DNA of 64,000 nt from the NCBI GenBank assembly GCA_964513145.1, contig CAZELK010000001.1, positions 153,692 to 217,691 on the forward strand, read 5' to 3'. The notes under the pieces were generated by a model that was not told the origin of the DNA, made no database searches, and worked only from the letters and a program-made list of their open reading frames with translations. Shown here one piece after another: positions 9,588 through 18,600 of this stretch (its first letter is position 1; each line of letters begins with the position of its first letter). This stretch comes from Candidatus Woesearchaeota archaeon. GTDB taxonomy: Archaea; Nanobdellota; Nanobdellia; SCGC-AAA011-G17; JACPIM01. The translations under genes and the position numbers were made by a program.

Positions 9588-10179
9588 ACAATTATTAAAA
9601 TCAGAAATTCTAAATGAATTTATTGCGCAAGATTACCTAGACTACAGTAATCTGTTAAATATTAAAGATACTTTTGGTGCAAATACTCCAAAAAGCATTA
9701 AACTAGAACAATTCTTTAAAAAAGAAAAATATGATTTATTAAAAAAAGAGATTTATGATTTAAAATTTAAAGAAATATATATTCCAGATAGTTATTCTTT
9801 TTCAAAGTCAAATTTAGGAAATGAATTCTCCAGATTATTTAATTCAAAAGATTTTATTTCATTTATTTCATTCATTGTTGGAAGAAATATAAAAAATATT
9901 AAGGCAGAGTCTTTGTTATTTGATCATAAAGATTATACATTATTAAAAGATAATGCAAATGAAACATTTCTTGAAATAAATTTCTTTTTTAATGATGACT
10001 GGAAAGAGGAATATGGTGGTTATTTTTCATATTTTAAAGATGAAGAATTATTAAGAATTTTCCCAGTTGAAAATAATGTTACAATTATTTATTTAAGGGA
10101 AATGCAGAGATTTGTTAAATATATTAATGTAAAATCTTCAAAAAGAAAGATTTATTTAATATCATTATCAGAAAAATAA
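9577..10179 (+). CDS. Degenerate 2OG-oxygenase fold, OGFOD1/Ofd1 C-terminal-domain-like
   Basis: EILNEFIAQDYLD, YTLLKD, WKEEYGGYFSY..DEELL..P..N, FVKYIN; no Fe ligands; overlaps the upstream gene by 11 nt. Confidence 0.75.
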   Translation: MEIKQLLKSEILNEFIAQDYLDYSNLLNIKDTFGANTPKSIKLEQFFKKEKYDLLKKEIYDLKFKEIYIPDSYSFSKSNLGNEFSRLFNSKDFISFISFIVGRNIKNIKAESLLFDHKDYTLLKDNANETFLEINFFFNDDWKEEYGGYFSYFKDEELLRIFPVENNVTIIYLREMQRFVKYINVKSSKRKIYLISLSEK

Positions 10180-10180
10180 G

Positions 10181-10438
10181 ATGTCTTTAGACAATTTGCC
10201 GATTTTAGAAAGTTTAAGGGAACTAACAAAAAGACCAATAAAAACAGTTGAAAAAGCTATAATAAGCGGCTTTAATGTGGATGGAATTTATGTCAAAGAA
10301 GTTTTTGCTATGGGTATTGTTAATTCTGAAACTTTTGGCATGAAACCAGGAAAGAAATTTTTAGTTTATATTGAAAAGAATTCTAAAAGCCTTGTAGCCA
10401 CACAAACAGATTATATAATTAATTATGATGCTGGGTAA
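10181..10438 (+). CDS. Hypothetical protein
   Basis: 85-aa ORF starting 1 nt after the upstream stop. Confidence 0.5.
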   Translation: MSLDNLPILESLRELTKRPIKTVEKAIISGFNVDGIYVKEVFAMGIVNSETFGMKPGKKFLVYIEKNSKSLVATQTDYIINYDAG

Positions 10439-10495
10439 GTTTTATAAATTGGATTTTATAGGTTAAGTTAATGCACTAGTGGTCTAATGGCTATG

Positions 10496-10523
10496 CGTCA
10501 AAAATTTAATTTTTGTCTAGCAA
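10496..10523 (+). other. 28-nt BHB intron at non-canonical tRNA position 23/24
   Basis: Central helix GCTA/TAGC, bulges TG^C and AA^A, internal hairpin CAAAAAT/ATTTTTG. Confidence 0.85.
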
Positions 10524-10537
10524 ACGTCGGCCTTCCA

Positions 10538-10571
10538 TGATATTGGGAAAAAAGTAACCAAAATAGAGGAG
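10538..10571 (+). other. 34-nt intron at canonical tRNA position 37/38
   Basis: Central helix CTTC/GAGG, 3' bulge AG^A; intron-side helix is relaxed. Confidence 0.85.
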
Positions 10572-10908
10572 AGCCGGCTATCGGGGTTCAAATCCCCGCT
10601 GGTGCATATACCTATTTTGAATGATTTAAGGTGATGAGCTAATATTTAGCAAGAGTCTCTCAAAATAATTCAACTTGATGTTGTATTCTGCCGGCGCATA
10701 CATTTATTTTAATATAATTTACAATAATATGAGTCCTAATATGACTTGGATTTCTCATAAAGATCAAATTTTCAAAAAAGAAGTTACAGATGTTATGCTT
10801 GAAAATATTTAATTTTATATAGAGAAAGAGCAAGGACAATACAAAACAAGATGAAAATAGCACAATGAAAATAGAACATTAAAAGCTTTAAATACTATTG
10901 TAACATTT

Positions 10909-11457
10909 ATGTTCCATATGGAACAAATTATAGATTATAGGTTTGAAGTTATTAATGAATTATTGAAAGAGAAAAATCACATAAGAAATCTAGCTAAAAA
11001 TCTAAAAACCAACCATATGACTATTCTTAGAAGAATAAAAGAACTTTTTGATTTAAATGTAGTAGACTATAAAGAAGAAGGCAAAAATAAAGTTTATTTT
11101 TTAAAAGATACTATAGAAGCTAAAACAACTATAAATATGGCTGGAAATTATAAATTATTAAAAATAATAACAAAATATCCAAATTTAAGAAGAATAATAG
11201 AAAAACTACAAGAAAATAAACAAATACATCTTGCAGTTTTATTTGGTTCTTATGCAAAAGAAATCCCAAAAAAAGAAAGTGATATTGATGTATATATAGA
11301 AACAATTTCTCAAGACTTAAAAAAAGAATTAGAAAAAATAGATTCAAAATTAAGCATTAAAATTGGAAAGTATAATAAAGATAACCCAGTTATAAAAGAA
11401 ATTAAAAAAAATCACGTAATAATCAAAGGAATTGAAAGATATTATGAAATCAGTTGA
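10909..11457 (+). CDS. wHTH + minimal nucleotidyltransferase (MNT antitoxin-like)
   Basis: N-terminal HTH (HIRNLAKNLKTNHMTI), LFGSYAK...SDIDVY. Confidence 0.85.
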   Translation: MFHMEQIIDYRFEVINELLKEKNHIRNLAKNLKTNHMTILRRIKELFDLNVVDYKEEGKNKVYFLKDTIEAKTTINMAGNYKLLKIITKYPNLRRIIEKLQENKQIHLAVLFGSYAKEIPKKESDIDVYIETISQDLKKELEKIDSKLSIKIGKYNKDNPVIKEIKKNHVIIKGIERYYEIS

Positions 11458-11491
11458 TTTTTTAAAAACTTTAAAAATAGAGGGAAATTAA
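11444..11491 (+). pseudogene. Truncated 5' stub of the probable HEPN partner gene
   Basis: Overlapping ATG gives MKSVDFLKTLKIEGN*, which resembles N-termini of HEPN partners of DPANN MNTs as I recall them; stops after 15 codons. Confidence 0.45.
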
Positions 11492-11552
11492 CCTTAGATA
11501 AAGCAAAAGCTTATATATAAGATTTATCTTACTAATAAGATAGGTGAACAAA

Positions 11553-11810
11553 ATGAATGAATTAATTGAAATGGGCAAAATAAGTGCAAGAGGACAAGTA
11601 GCCATTCCTACAGAAATTAGAGAAAAAATGCACTTAAAAGAAGGACAAAAAATACTTTTTGTTTTAGCTGGCGATACTTTAATGGTTAAAAAGGTAAATA
11701 CTGAAACTTTTGCTGAAATAACAAAGCCATTAAAAGAAGCTGCAAAGAAAGTTGGTTTTAAAGAAGAAGATGTTGTTGATATAGTTCATAGAGCAAGACA
11801 AAAGAGATGA
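11553..11810 (+). CDS. AbrB/MazE/SpoVT-family antitoxin
   Basis: GKISARGQVAIPTEIREKMHLKEG; GGTGA SD; palindrome TATCTTA-N4-TAAGATA upstream. Confidence 0.9.
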   Translation: MNELIEMGKISARGQVAIPTEIREKMHLKEGQKILFVLAGDTLMVKKVNTETFAEITKPLKEAAKKVGFKEEDVVDIVHRARQKR

Positions 11811-12214
11811 AAAGAATAACAGTAGATACTAATGTATTAATTTCAGCTACATTTTGGCATGGAGATTCTGAGAAAATAATTGACAAAGCAGAAAATAAAG
11901 ATGTGGCTTTAGTTTTGTCTAAAGAAATATTAGAAGAATATAACCAAGTCCTTGAGTATGAGGAAATAAAAGAGAAAATAAAAAATAAAAATTTGGAAAT
12001 GAAAAAAGCAATGCTAAAAATAGGAACTATATCTGAAATAGTAGAAGTTAACTCTAAAGTTAATGTAGTAAAAGAAGATCCTGATGATAATAAAATAATA
12101 GAATGCGCAATTGATGGCAATTCAGAATATATAATAACAAAAGATAGACATTTATTAAAATTAAAAGAACATAAAGGAATAAAAATATTGACTCCTGAAG
12201 AATTTTTAAAATAG
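11807..12214 (+). CDS. PIN-domain (VapC-like) toxin
   Basis: VDTNVLIS, EDPDDNKIIECA, IITKDRHLL; ATGA overlap with the antitoxin. Confidence 0.9.
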   Translation: MKRITVDTNVLISATFWHGDSEKIIDKAENKDVALVLSKEILEEYNQVLEYEEIKEKIKNKNLEMKKAMLKIGTISEIVEVNSKVNVVKEDPDDNKIIECAIDGNSEYIITKDRHLLKLKEHKGIKILTPEEFLK

Positions 12215-12364
12215 TGTTTTTACTTTGTTATTATCTGTTATTTTAACAAATCTTTTTTATTTGGATTATTTTACAAAACAATAATTTATTTAAATAATAA
12301 AGTTATACAATATTATTACAAGACAGAAAAAGTCTCTGTAAATAATTCAATTTGGTGTTTTACA

Positions 12365-12379
12365 CCGCTGGTGCATATA
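12365..12379 (+). repeat. att-like copy of the tRNA-Gly 3' end
   Basis: Identical to 10596-10610. Confidence 0.75.
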
Positions 12380-12465
12380 TTAATTTTTATAGTGCATTGA
12401 AGTTTCAAAAATTTAAATATTAAGATTTACTTTTAAATTGAGCTGTATTAATTTATACAATAGTT

Positions 12466-12783
12466 TTAATGGAAATAATGATTTCTTTTATCTATTTTTT
12501 TTATTTTCTTTTTAAATAAATTATATTTGTGTACTAATTTTGTTATCTTATAAGCTGCAAACCCAGCAAATAAAATTCCTAATATTTTTAAAAATAAATA
12601 TTCAAAAAATTTCAGCATTAAAAACCCCAACCCTACAACACCCAAAAAAACATTTATTTCTGCCAATAATGTTCTTTGTTTTGCAAGAATTGTCCTTTCT
12701 AAATCTAATTCTGCTTTTATATGGCTTTTTTCAAGAAGTCTTCTTTTAACATGATTTTCTATTAAGTTATTATTGTCTATCAT
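12466..12783 (-). CDS. DUF202/YidH-like small membrane protein
   Basis: LERTILAKQRTLLA followed by two TM helices. Confidence 0.7.
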   Translation of the reverse strand: MIDNNNLIENHVKRRLLEKSHIKAELDLERTILAKQRTLLAEINVFLGVVGLGFLMLKFFEYLFLKILGILFAGFAAYKITKLVHKYNLFKKKIKKIDKRNHYFH

Positions 12784-13012
12784 GTTTTTTCAAATAGTCT
12801 TCATATTTAAAAAGTTATATAATTTTAGTAGTTGTTCACCTTTCTGAAGTTCATCATCAAAATAATGGTATTAGGAAGCTCACAATTGAAAAAGATTAGT
12901 TTTTGTTTTTCGTAGTGGCAATTTTACTGAATTGTCTTTTATTCAAAGTTTTTAATGTTTATAGACAAATTAACCTCAGAATACTGAATAGATACTGATT
13001 TTAATATCCAGA

Positions 13013-13030
13013 CCTGGAAGGATTTGAACC
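13013..13030 (-). repeat. att-like copy of the tRNA-Arg 3' end
   Basis: CCTGGAAGGATTTGAACC identical to 15542-15559, with degenerate matching flanks. Confidence 0.8.
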
Positions 13031-13100
13031 TCATTATTAAGTTGTAGCTTTTGGCTGTTAGCTTTTAGGATTTTATTTTTCATATTGACCCCCCGAGTTT

Positions 13101-13664
13101 TTATTCTAAATGTTTTATACAATTCATTAAATGAACTTTATTTTTATTATTCTTAGAAATTTCAAAAATGCTTACGCAAGTGTTAAATTGAGGAATTTTT
13201 GTTTTATCTTCAGAATCTAAATTTAGAATAACTCTAATTAAGGATTTATTTATCGCATTATGTCCAACAAGTAAAACTGTCTTATCTTTATATTTTTTAT
13301 AGACTTGTGATAAAAGCTTTTTAGCTCTTTTATACAAATTTTTTCTGCTTTCAACATCAGAAGGCATATTCTCCCAATCAACTTCATTTGTTTTTTTACC
13401 AGAATAACTACCGTGATACATTTCTTTTAATTCATCAATGAAATTTATTTTTATTTCTTTATGATATTTTGCTATTACAAGTGCAGTTTTTTTCGCTCTT
13501 GGATAAGGACTCGAAAATATTATTTCTATCTTTTCGTTTTTTAATCTTAAAGCAAGCTTATTTATTTGTTTTAATCCTTCTTTTGAAAGTTTTCCTTCTG
13601 AACCTTCTAGAATACCAGCTTTATTGCCTTCAGTTTCTCCGTGCCGAACAATAATTAATTTCAT
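13101..13664 (-). CDS. Histidine phosphatase (PGM-like) family protein
   Basis: IVRHGET, FSSPYPRAKKT, ELKE, LVGHN. Confidence 0.9.
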   Translation of the reverse strand: MKLIIVRHGETEGNKAGILEGSEGKLSKEGLKQINKLALRLKNEKIEIIFSSPYPRAKKTALVIAKYHKEIKINFIDELKEMYHGSYSGKKTNEVDWENMPSDVESRKNLYKRAKKLLSQVYKKYKDKTVLLVGHNAINKSLIRVILNLDSEDKTKIPQFNTCVSIFEISKNNKNKVHLMNCIKHLE

Positions 13665-13666
13665 TT

Positions 13667-13828
13667 TTAATTTATCTTTAATAATTCTTCTGTATTAATT
13701 ATTTTAAATTCTTTCTTATTATTGAAATCAGAATCGTTTGTCCATATATACTCACAATTTAATGCTAAATAACAAGCAACATAAGTTATATCTTCTTTCA
13801 TAATTTCTTTTGCTTTTTCCAAATTTAT
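13667..13828 (-). pseudogene. C-terminal half of a PIN-domain toxin
   Basis: Hand translation: INLEKAKEIMKEDITYVACYLALNCEYIWTNDSDFNNKKEFKIINTEELLKIN*; an in-frame TGA lies directly upstream. Confidence 0.6.
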
Positions 13829-14322
13829 TCATCTTCTTCTGGTTTTTCAACTTCTTTCAATTTTAATTCAATTTCTTTTTTTAAGCTATTTATGTATAAA
13901 TCTAACTGCAATTGTATTTCTCTCCAGTCTTTATAGGTTATCAATTTTCCATAATATAAACTTCCATTTCTTATAGTTCTTATTTTTTCAAAAAATTTCC
14001 AATCAAATTCTAATTCAATATGCTTTTCACACAAATATGTAAACAAACATTCATGAGTTCTTACTTTAATTTTATCAAAAATTAGAAAGGCTTCAACTAA
14101 TAAATGCAAAATATCATAATTAATTTTAAAAATTGCATTCCATTGATTGCTTTCTTTTTTTGCATTTTTTATCCATTCATTATTTGATTCTAAATCTGCT
14201 GAAGCGGTTTTAAGCATTGATTTTATTTTTTCCATATCTGTATCTATTAAAGGTATAAAAGAACCTTCTTCTTCACACGCCTCATATATATTTTTTTGTG
14301 TTCTTTCTTTATACATAGGCAA
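13825..14322 (-). CDS. HEPN-like protein (partner of MNT)
   Basis: YDILHLLVEAFL, RTHECLF, IRTIRNGSLYYG (Rx4-6H position is Y); overlaps the MNT gene. Confidence 0.75.
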   Translation of the reverse strand: MPMYKERTQKNIYEACEEEGSFIPLIDTDMEKIKSMLKTASADLESNNEWIKNAKKESNQWNAIFKINYDILHLLVEAFLIFDKIKVRTHECLFTYLCEKHIELEFDWKFFEKIRTIRNGSLYYGKLITYKDWREIQLQLDLYINSLKKEIELKLKEVEKPEEDE

Positions 14323-14857
14323 CCTCTAAAAAATTTAAATTACCTTTTATCTTATATCCTGCGATTATATTTTTTAGTAATCCCAAAGGCAAATTTTGCA
14401 ATTCTTTTTTATTCTCATAAGAAAATATTTGTATTTCTCTGTGTAATTTCTTTCTAAATTCGCCTTCTTTAAATCCTTCAGAACTTCCTAGGATAAATAA
14501 GTCTATGTCACTATCTTTATACCAATCCCATCTGCTTAAACTTCCAAATAATATTACTGTTTTAGCTTTTGGTAATTCTAATAAATGTTTTAGGAAACCA
14601 GTTTTGTTTAAATTTTCCAAAGCATATAGTCTTTTATTATTTTGGTAATTAGGACTTTCATAATTTGCAACATAATAAGGCATTTTATTTTTTGGTTCTA
14701 ACTTTTTAATTAACTCTTCTTTTAAAAATTTCTTTAACCAATTATTTAATTGAGGCCTACTTATTTTAGCTTCCTTAATTAATTCTTCAAAATGCCAATG
14801 CTTAGTTGGATATTCATAAAATAATTTTATTATATTTTCTTCTTTAGCTTTTACCAT
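14309..14857 (-). CDS. wHTH + minimal nucleotidyltransferase (MNT)
   Basis: LFGSLSRWDWYKDSDIDLF. Confidence 0.85.
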   Translation of the reverse strand: MVKAKEENIIKLFYEYPTKHWHFEELIKEAKISRPQLNNWLKKFLKEELIKKLEPKNKMPYYVANYESPNYQNNKRLYALENLNKTGFLKHLLELPKAKTVILFGSLSRWDWYKDSDIDLFILGSSEGFKEGEFRKKLHREIQIFSYENKKELQNLPLGLLKNIIAGYKIKGNLNFLEVAYV

Positions 14858-14994
14858 TAGTTATGTTAATACTAACTATTATTTAAAGTCTTTGTTTTGC
14901 AGTGATTAGCTTCAAAAGATGGTTCTGATAAATCTATTGATTTATAGTTATTATTTATTAGTAGTTAAAATAGAAAGATTTTTAAAAACCGAAA

Positions 14995-15498
14995 TTGAAT
15001 TCTTTTATAATGAAAGACGTAATTTATAGAGGAACTGTATTATCTAATGTTAAAGATAGACTTGTTCTACTTTCTGGACTTAAAGAAATTTCATATTTAT
15101 ATCCAGATAAATTTACTTTAGACCCTGATGGAGCTGTAGGTTACGCGTATGAGCATTTTGTGAAATCTGGAAAGGATCGGTCCAATCCACCTTGTATTTT
15201 GGCTTTAAATGGAAGTTATGCTAAATCTAGCTTTTCTGATGGGGATTATGGAGTTTATATGCCAGAGGATGCAGTACCTTTAAACGAAAATGGTTTAATG
15301 GTAATAAACCCTTTAAATAGGGGTGGTTTGGAATTGCTATTTGATTTAATTAGAAAGAGGTCACATCCGAAATTTAAAGAGAAGATTAAACGGACTTTAC
15401 CAGGAAGATCTTTAAAACAAAAATTAGAATTATATATAGAACATCTGTTTTTTCTTACATTAAAAAAATTAGAAGAGGAATGGAAAAAAAGTTCCTAA
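14995..15498 (+). CDS. Hypothetical protein
   Basis: 167-aa ORF; no motif recognised. Confidence 0.5.
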   Translation: MNSFIMKDVIYRGTVLSNVKDRLVLLSGLKEISYLYPDKFTLDPDGAVGYAYEHFVKSGKDRSNPPCILALNGSYAKSSFSDGDYGVYMPEDAVPLNENGLMVINPLNRGGLELLFDLIRKRSHPKFKEKIKRTLPGRSLKQKLELYIEHLFFLTLKKLEEEWKKSS

Positions 15499-15537
15499 AT
15501 TTTTCAATTTAAGATTAGACTTTGGAATAGAAAATTC

Positions 15538-15612
15538 CGGGCCTGGAAGGATTTGAACCCTCGACCTTAGCATTAGGAGTGCTACGCTCTATCCAAACTG
15601 AGCTACAAGCCC
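15538..15612 (-). tRNA. tRNA-Arg(CCT)
   Basis: GGGCTTG/CAGGCCC+G, D arm GCTC/GAGC, anticodon arm TAGCA-CTCCTAA-TGCTA, T arm GAGGG-TTCAAAT-CCTTC. Confidence 0.95.
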
Positions 15613-15647
15613 TTAAATAGAAAAAACAAAATTAAAATTATATAAAT

Positions 15648-18600
15648 TTATGCCCTTAGTTCTATTTTCTTGCCTTTATCAACTGCTTTTAGTATATCCC
15701 TTCCAAAATTACTTTTTTTATGTATTTTAATCTCACCTTTTTTAGAAGAAATAGCAGTAAGCAAAAATTCGTTTTCAATAAAAATCTCCACATCCTTATT
15801 TTCTTCTGTAAATATTCTTATTAACTTGTTTTCTTCCTGTATTTTGAAGGGTATTGTTTTTCTGTCTTTTTTTATTTCTCTTACTTCAATGCCTATTCCG
15901 AGTTTGTTTTCAATTTTTTCTATAGTTTTTCCTTGTGCCCCGATAACTCTAGAAATATTTTCTGCTGGAATATAAATTACAGCCCTGTTATCATTTAGCA
16001 TTTCAACTTCAACTTCACTTACATAATTTAGTAATTCTTCTTTAATTGATTTCTCAGCTAATTTATCTTTGGCGCCTCTCTTTTTTTCTTTAGAAATTGG
16101 AATTACAACAGTTTCTTCACCATAACTGTAGATTTCATATTCTAATTTGTCAATCTCAAAATCTCTTACCTCAACTATTGGTCTTGCTAAGTCAGATTCT
16201 GTCATGCCTGTTGGTACTTTTACCAGCATTTTCAAAGTATAAACTTTGGAAATTTTTCCTTTGTCTATATATAATATGGTGTCAACAACACTAGGTATCA
16301 TGCCAGTATCCAATCTCCTGATAAATCTCTGTACAGCATCTATAGGAGTTGCTGAATGTAAAACCCCGATAACATTTGACCCAGCTAATCTTATGTCTAT
16401 ATATAATTGAAAGTCTGGTGTATCTCTCATTTCATCAAAAATAATATAATCTGGTCTTGATAAAAACAAGATATCATGAATCTCTTCGCTGTTTGTAAAA
16501 TTTTTAGAATACTGAGTTATGTTCTCATTTAATTGCAGATCTCTTGGAGATTCAACTGTCTTTGTTATCTTTCCAGATTTGGAATAATCTTCTGCTAATG
16601 CTTGGGCAATTGTTGAATTGTGAACTATAAATGGCACATCTCCTGCTAAGAAATTATGAGTATTTTCAACCTCTATATCGAATACTTCTTTTTCTTCTTT
16701 TATTTCCTCTCTTCCTATCACTTTATCCCACTGTATATACTCTGAAGAAGCTAACTGTATCATGGCCAAATCATTTATGCTAATTTCATTAGTAATTTGT
16801 GGTATAATTAAGGAAATCATTTTTCGTGTTTGTTCATGAGAAAAATCTCTTTTTAAAAATGGGTATTTTATGTGCAATTCTTCTCTTAAATTTATTTTAT
16901 TTAATAAATAGCCAATTGGAATAGTATCTTTATTTGGACTTCCAGCTTTATTGTTTTCTAAATATCTTCTAGCTTGCCATTCTTTTTCTATTAAACTAAT
17001 TTCTTCTTGGAATTTTTTTACATTATTATATCTGTAAATATATAGGATATAATACGGTTTGTTATTGATTATCTTTTTTCGAATTGAAGATTGTATATTG
17101 AAATTTAATAAGACTAATTGTGTATCTTTTATTAAACCAATACTGGCACTAGAAATCTCTATTCCTTTTTCTTCATGAACATAACTTTCTGTATCAAAAT
17201 AGGCTCTTAAAAATGAAGCCATTTCTAATTTAGTTGAATTTAAAATTAATTTAGGTATTCTATGATATGTTGCTCTTTTTTTAGAATTTAATAATGAAAT
17301 ATCTAAACACCTATTCAAGAAAATTTCTATTGTCTTTCCTTTATCAGTATAAACATCAGTTCCTTTTCTTTGTTTATTTACATCTATATCAAATATGTTT
17401 TTTGATAAATCAACAAATCTTTTTTGACAAAATTTACTGTCAGTACTAATTCCATATTTAGTTAAACATTCGCCTATGTAGTATCCCAATAGTTCACAAA
17501 TTTCTTGTGTTAAAAATCTTGGGGGTTTTATTGGTTCTGACTTATGCCAAGTTCCAAAATGAAGTATTTTATCTGTAATTTCATATATTTCTTCCTTTGT
17601 CAAATATTTTTTTAAAGTTTTTAATGGAATTAACTCTTCTTTTTTTAATTTTATTTTGTCTTTTGCTAAATTATATATAAATTTATCTTGTTTTTTTCTT
17701 AATATAATTCCTTCCTTATTTAATTGTAATAAAAGTACTCTTATCCAACCAGAAGTTGAATTTAATTCGTTATTAATATCTATCTGTTTACAATTTTTTG
17801 TATTTTTTATAATTGTTATTATTTTGCTTTTTAATCCTAATAAAACTTCTTCAATTGGAATTTCTATATTTAAATCTTCTTTTAATTTGACTAGAAATTT
17901 TTCTTCGGGCAGTAAATCTACCCAATCTATTACTTGTAAACTACCCTCATTATTTAATTTTCTTACAGTTGCTATCCTATTTCCCAATATTAATTCTTTA
18001 GCATTCACCCATTTTGGTATACCATCTTTAAACGATAAAACTGGATGTTCGGGTGTTAATTCTATTTCTTTTCCAAAATTAGTTTTTATCTTTATTGTTT
18101 TACTTTTTCTTGTAAATTTATTTATAACTTTTTCATGGGTTATTTGACAATTTTTATTATATGTTAAAACTACGTCATTAATATTTACGTTTTCAATGTT
18201 TTTTATTATGTTATTTTTTAGATAAATTTTTGTTCCTTTTGGCAGACATTTACCAGAACCAGTCTCGCCAGCAATAATAACTCCCCTTGCTTGTTTTAAT
18301 TTTTTTAACAGTTCTTCATTAATTTTATACTCTTCTAAATCAAGTTTCTTGATCGGTCTTACAACAGTTATTTCCCAGCCATCAGAAACAGGAGGTTTGA
18401 CAATAACAATTCTGTAATTTTTATATTGTACAATTGTAGAGCCTCTTCTCGATATTTCTATGAAAGATTCTTCATCTATTCTTGATCTTTCTATTATTTC
18501 TTTTACTAATTCCTGTATTTTTTCGCTTGTTAAGATTTCATCGCTTATTTTCTCAAGCTTCCATTGTCCAGGAAAGCCTTTCTTTCCAAATGGAAAACAT

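Larger units (their letters stand above)
10473..10606 (+). tRNA. tRNA-Gly(TCC) with two introns (exons 10473-10495, 10524-10537, 10572-10606)
   Basis: Joined exons give a 72-nt cloverleaf GCACTAGTGGTCTAATGGCTATG|ACGTCGGCCTTCCA|AGCCGGCTATCGGGGTTCAAATCCCCGCTGGTGCA. Confidence 0.9.
10596..12379. mobile_element. ~1.8-kb tRNA-Gly-anchored mini-island (TA cargo, no integrase)
   Basis: 15-bp direct repeat CCGCTGGTGCATATA at 10596-10610 (tRNA 3' end) and 12365-12379. Confidence 0.7.
13013..15559. mobile_element. ~2.5-kb tRNA-Arg-anchored mini-island (no integrase)
   Basis: 18-bp direct repeat of the tRNA T-arm/acceptor flanks a phosphatase, PIN remnant, HEPN-MNT pair and an orphan gene. Confidence 0.7.

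Noticed and set aside
9570-9590. Programmed frameshift or intron joining the two OGFOD1-like ORFs
   Set aside because: No slippery run or BHB fold; ORF2 has its own ATG in a typical coupled overlap. A sequencing error cannot be excluded without reads.
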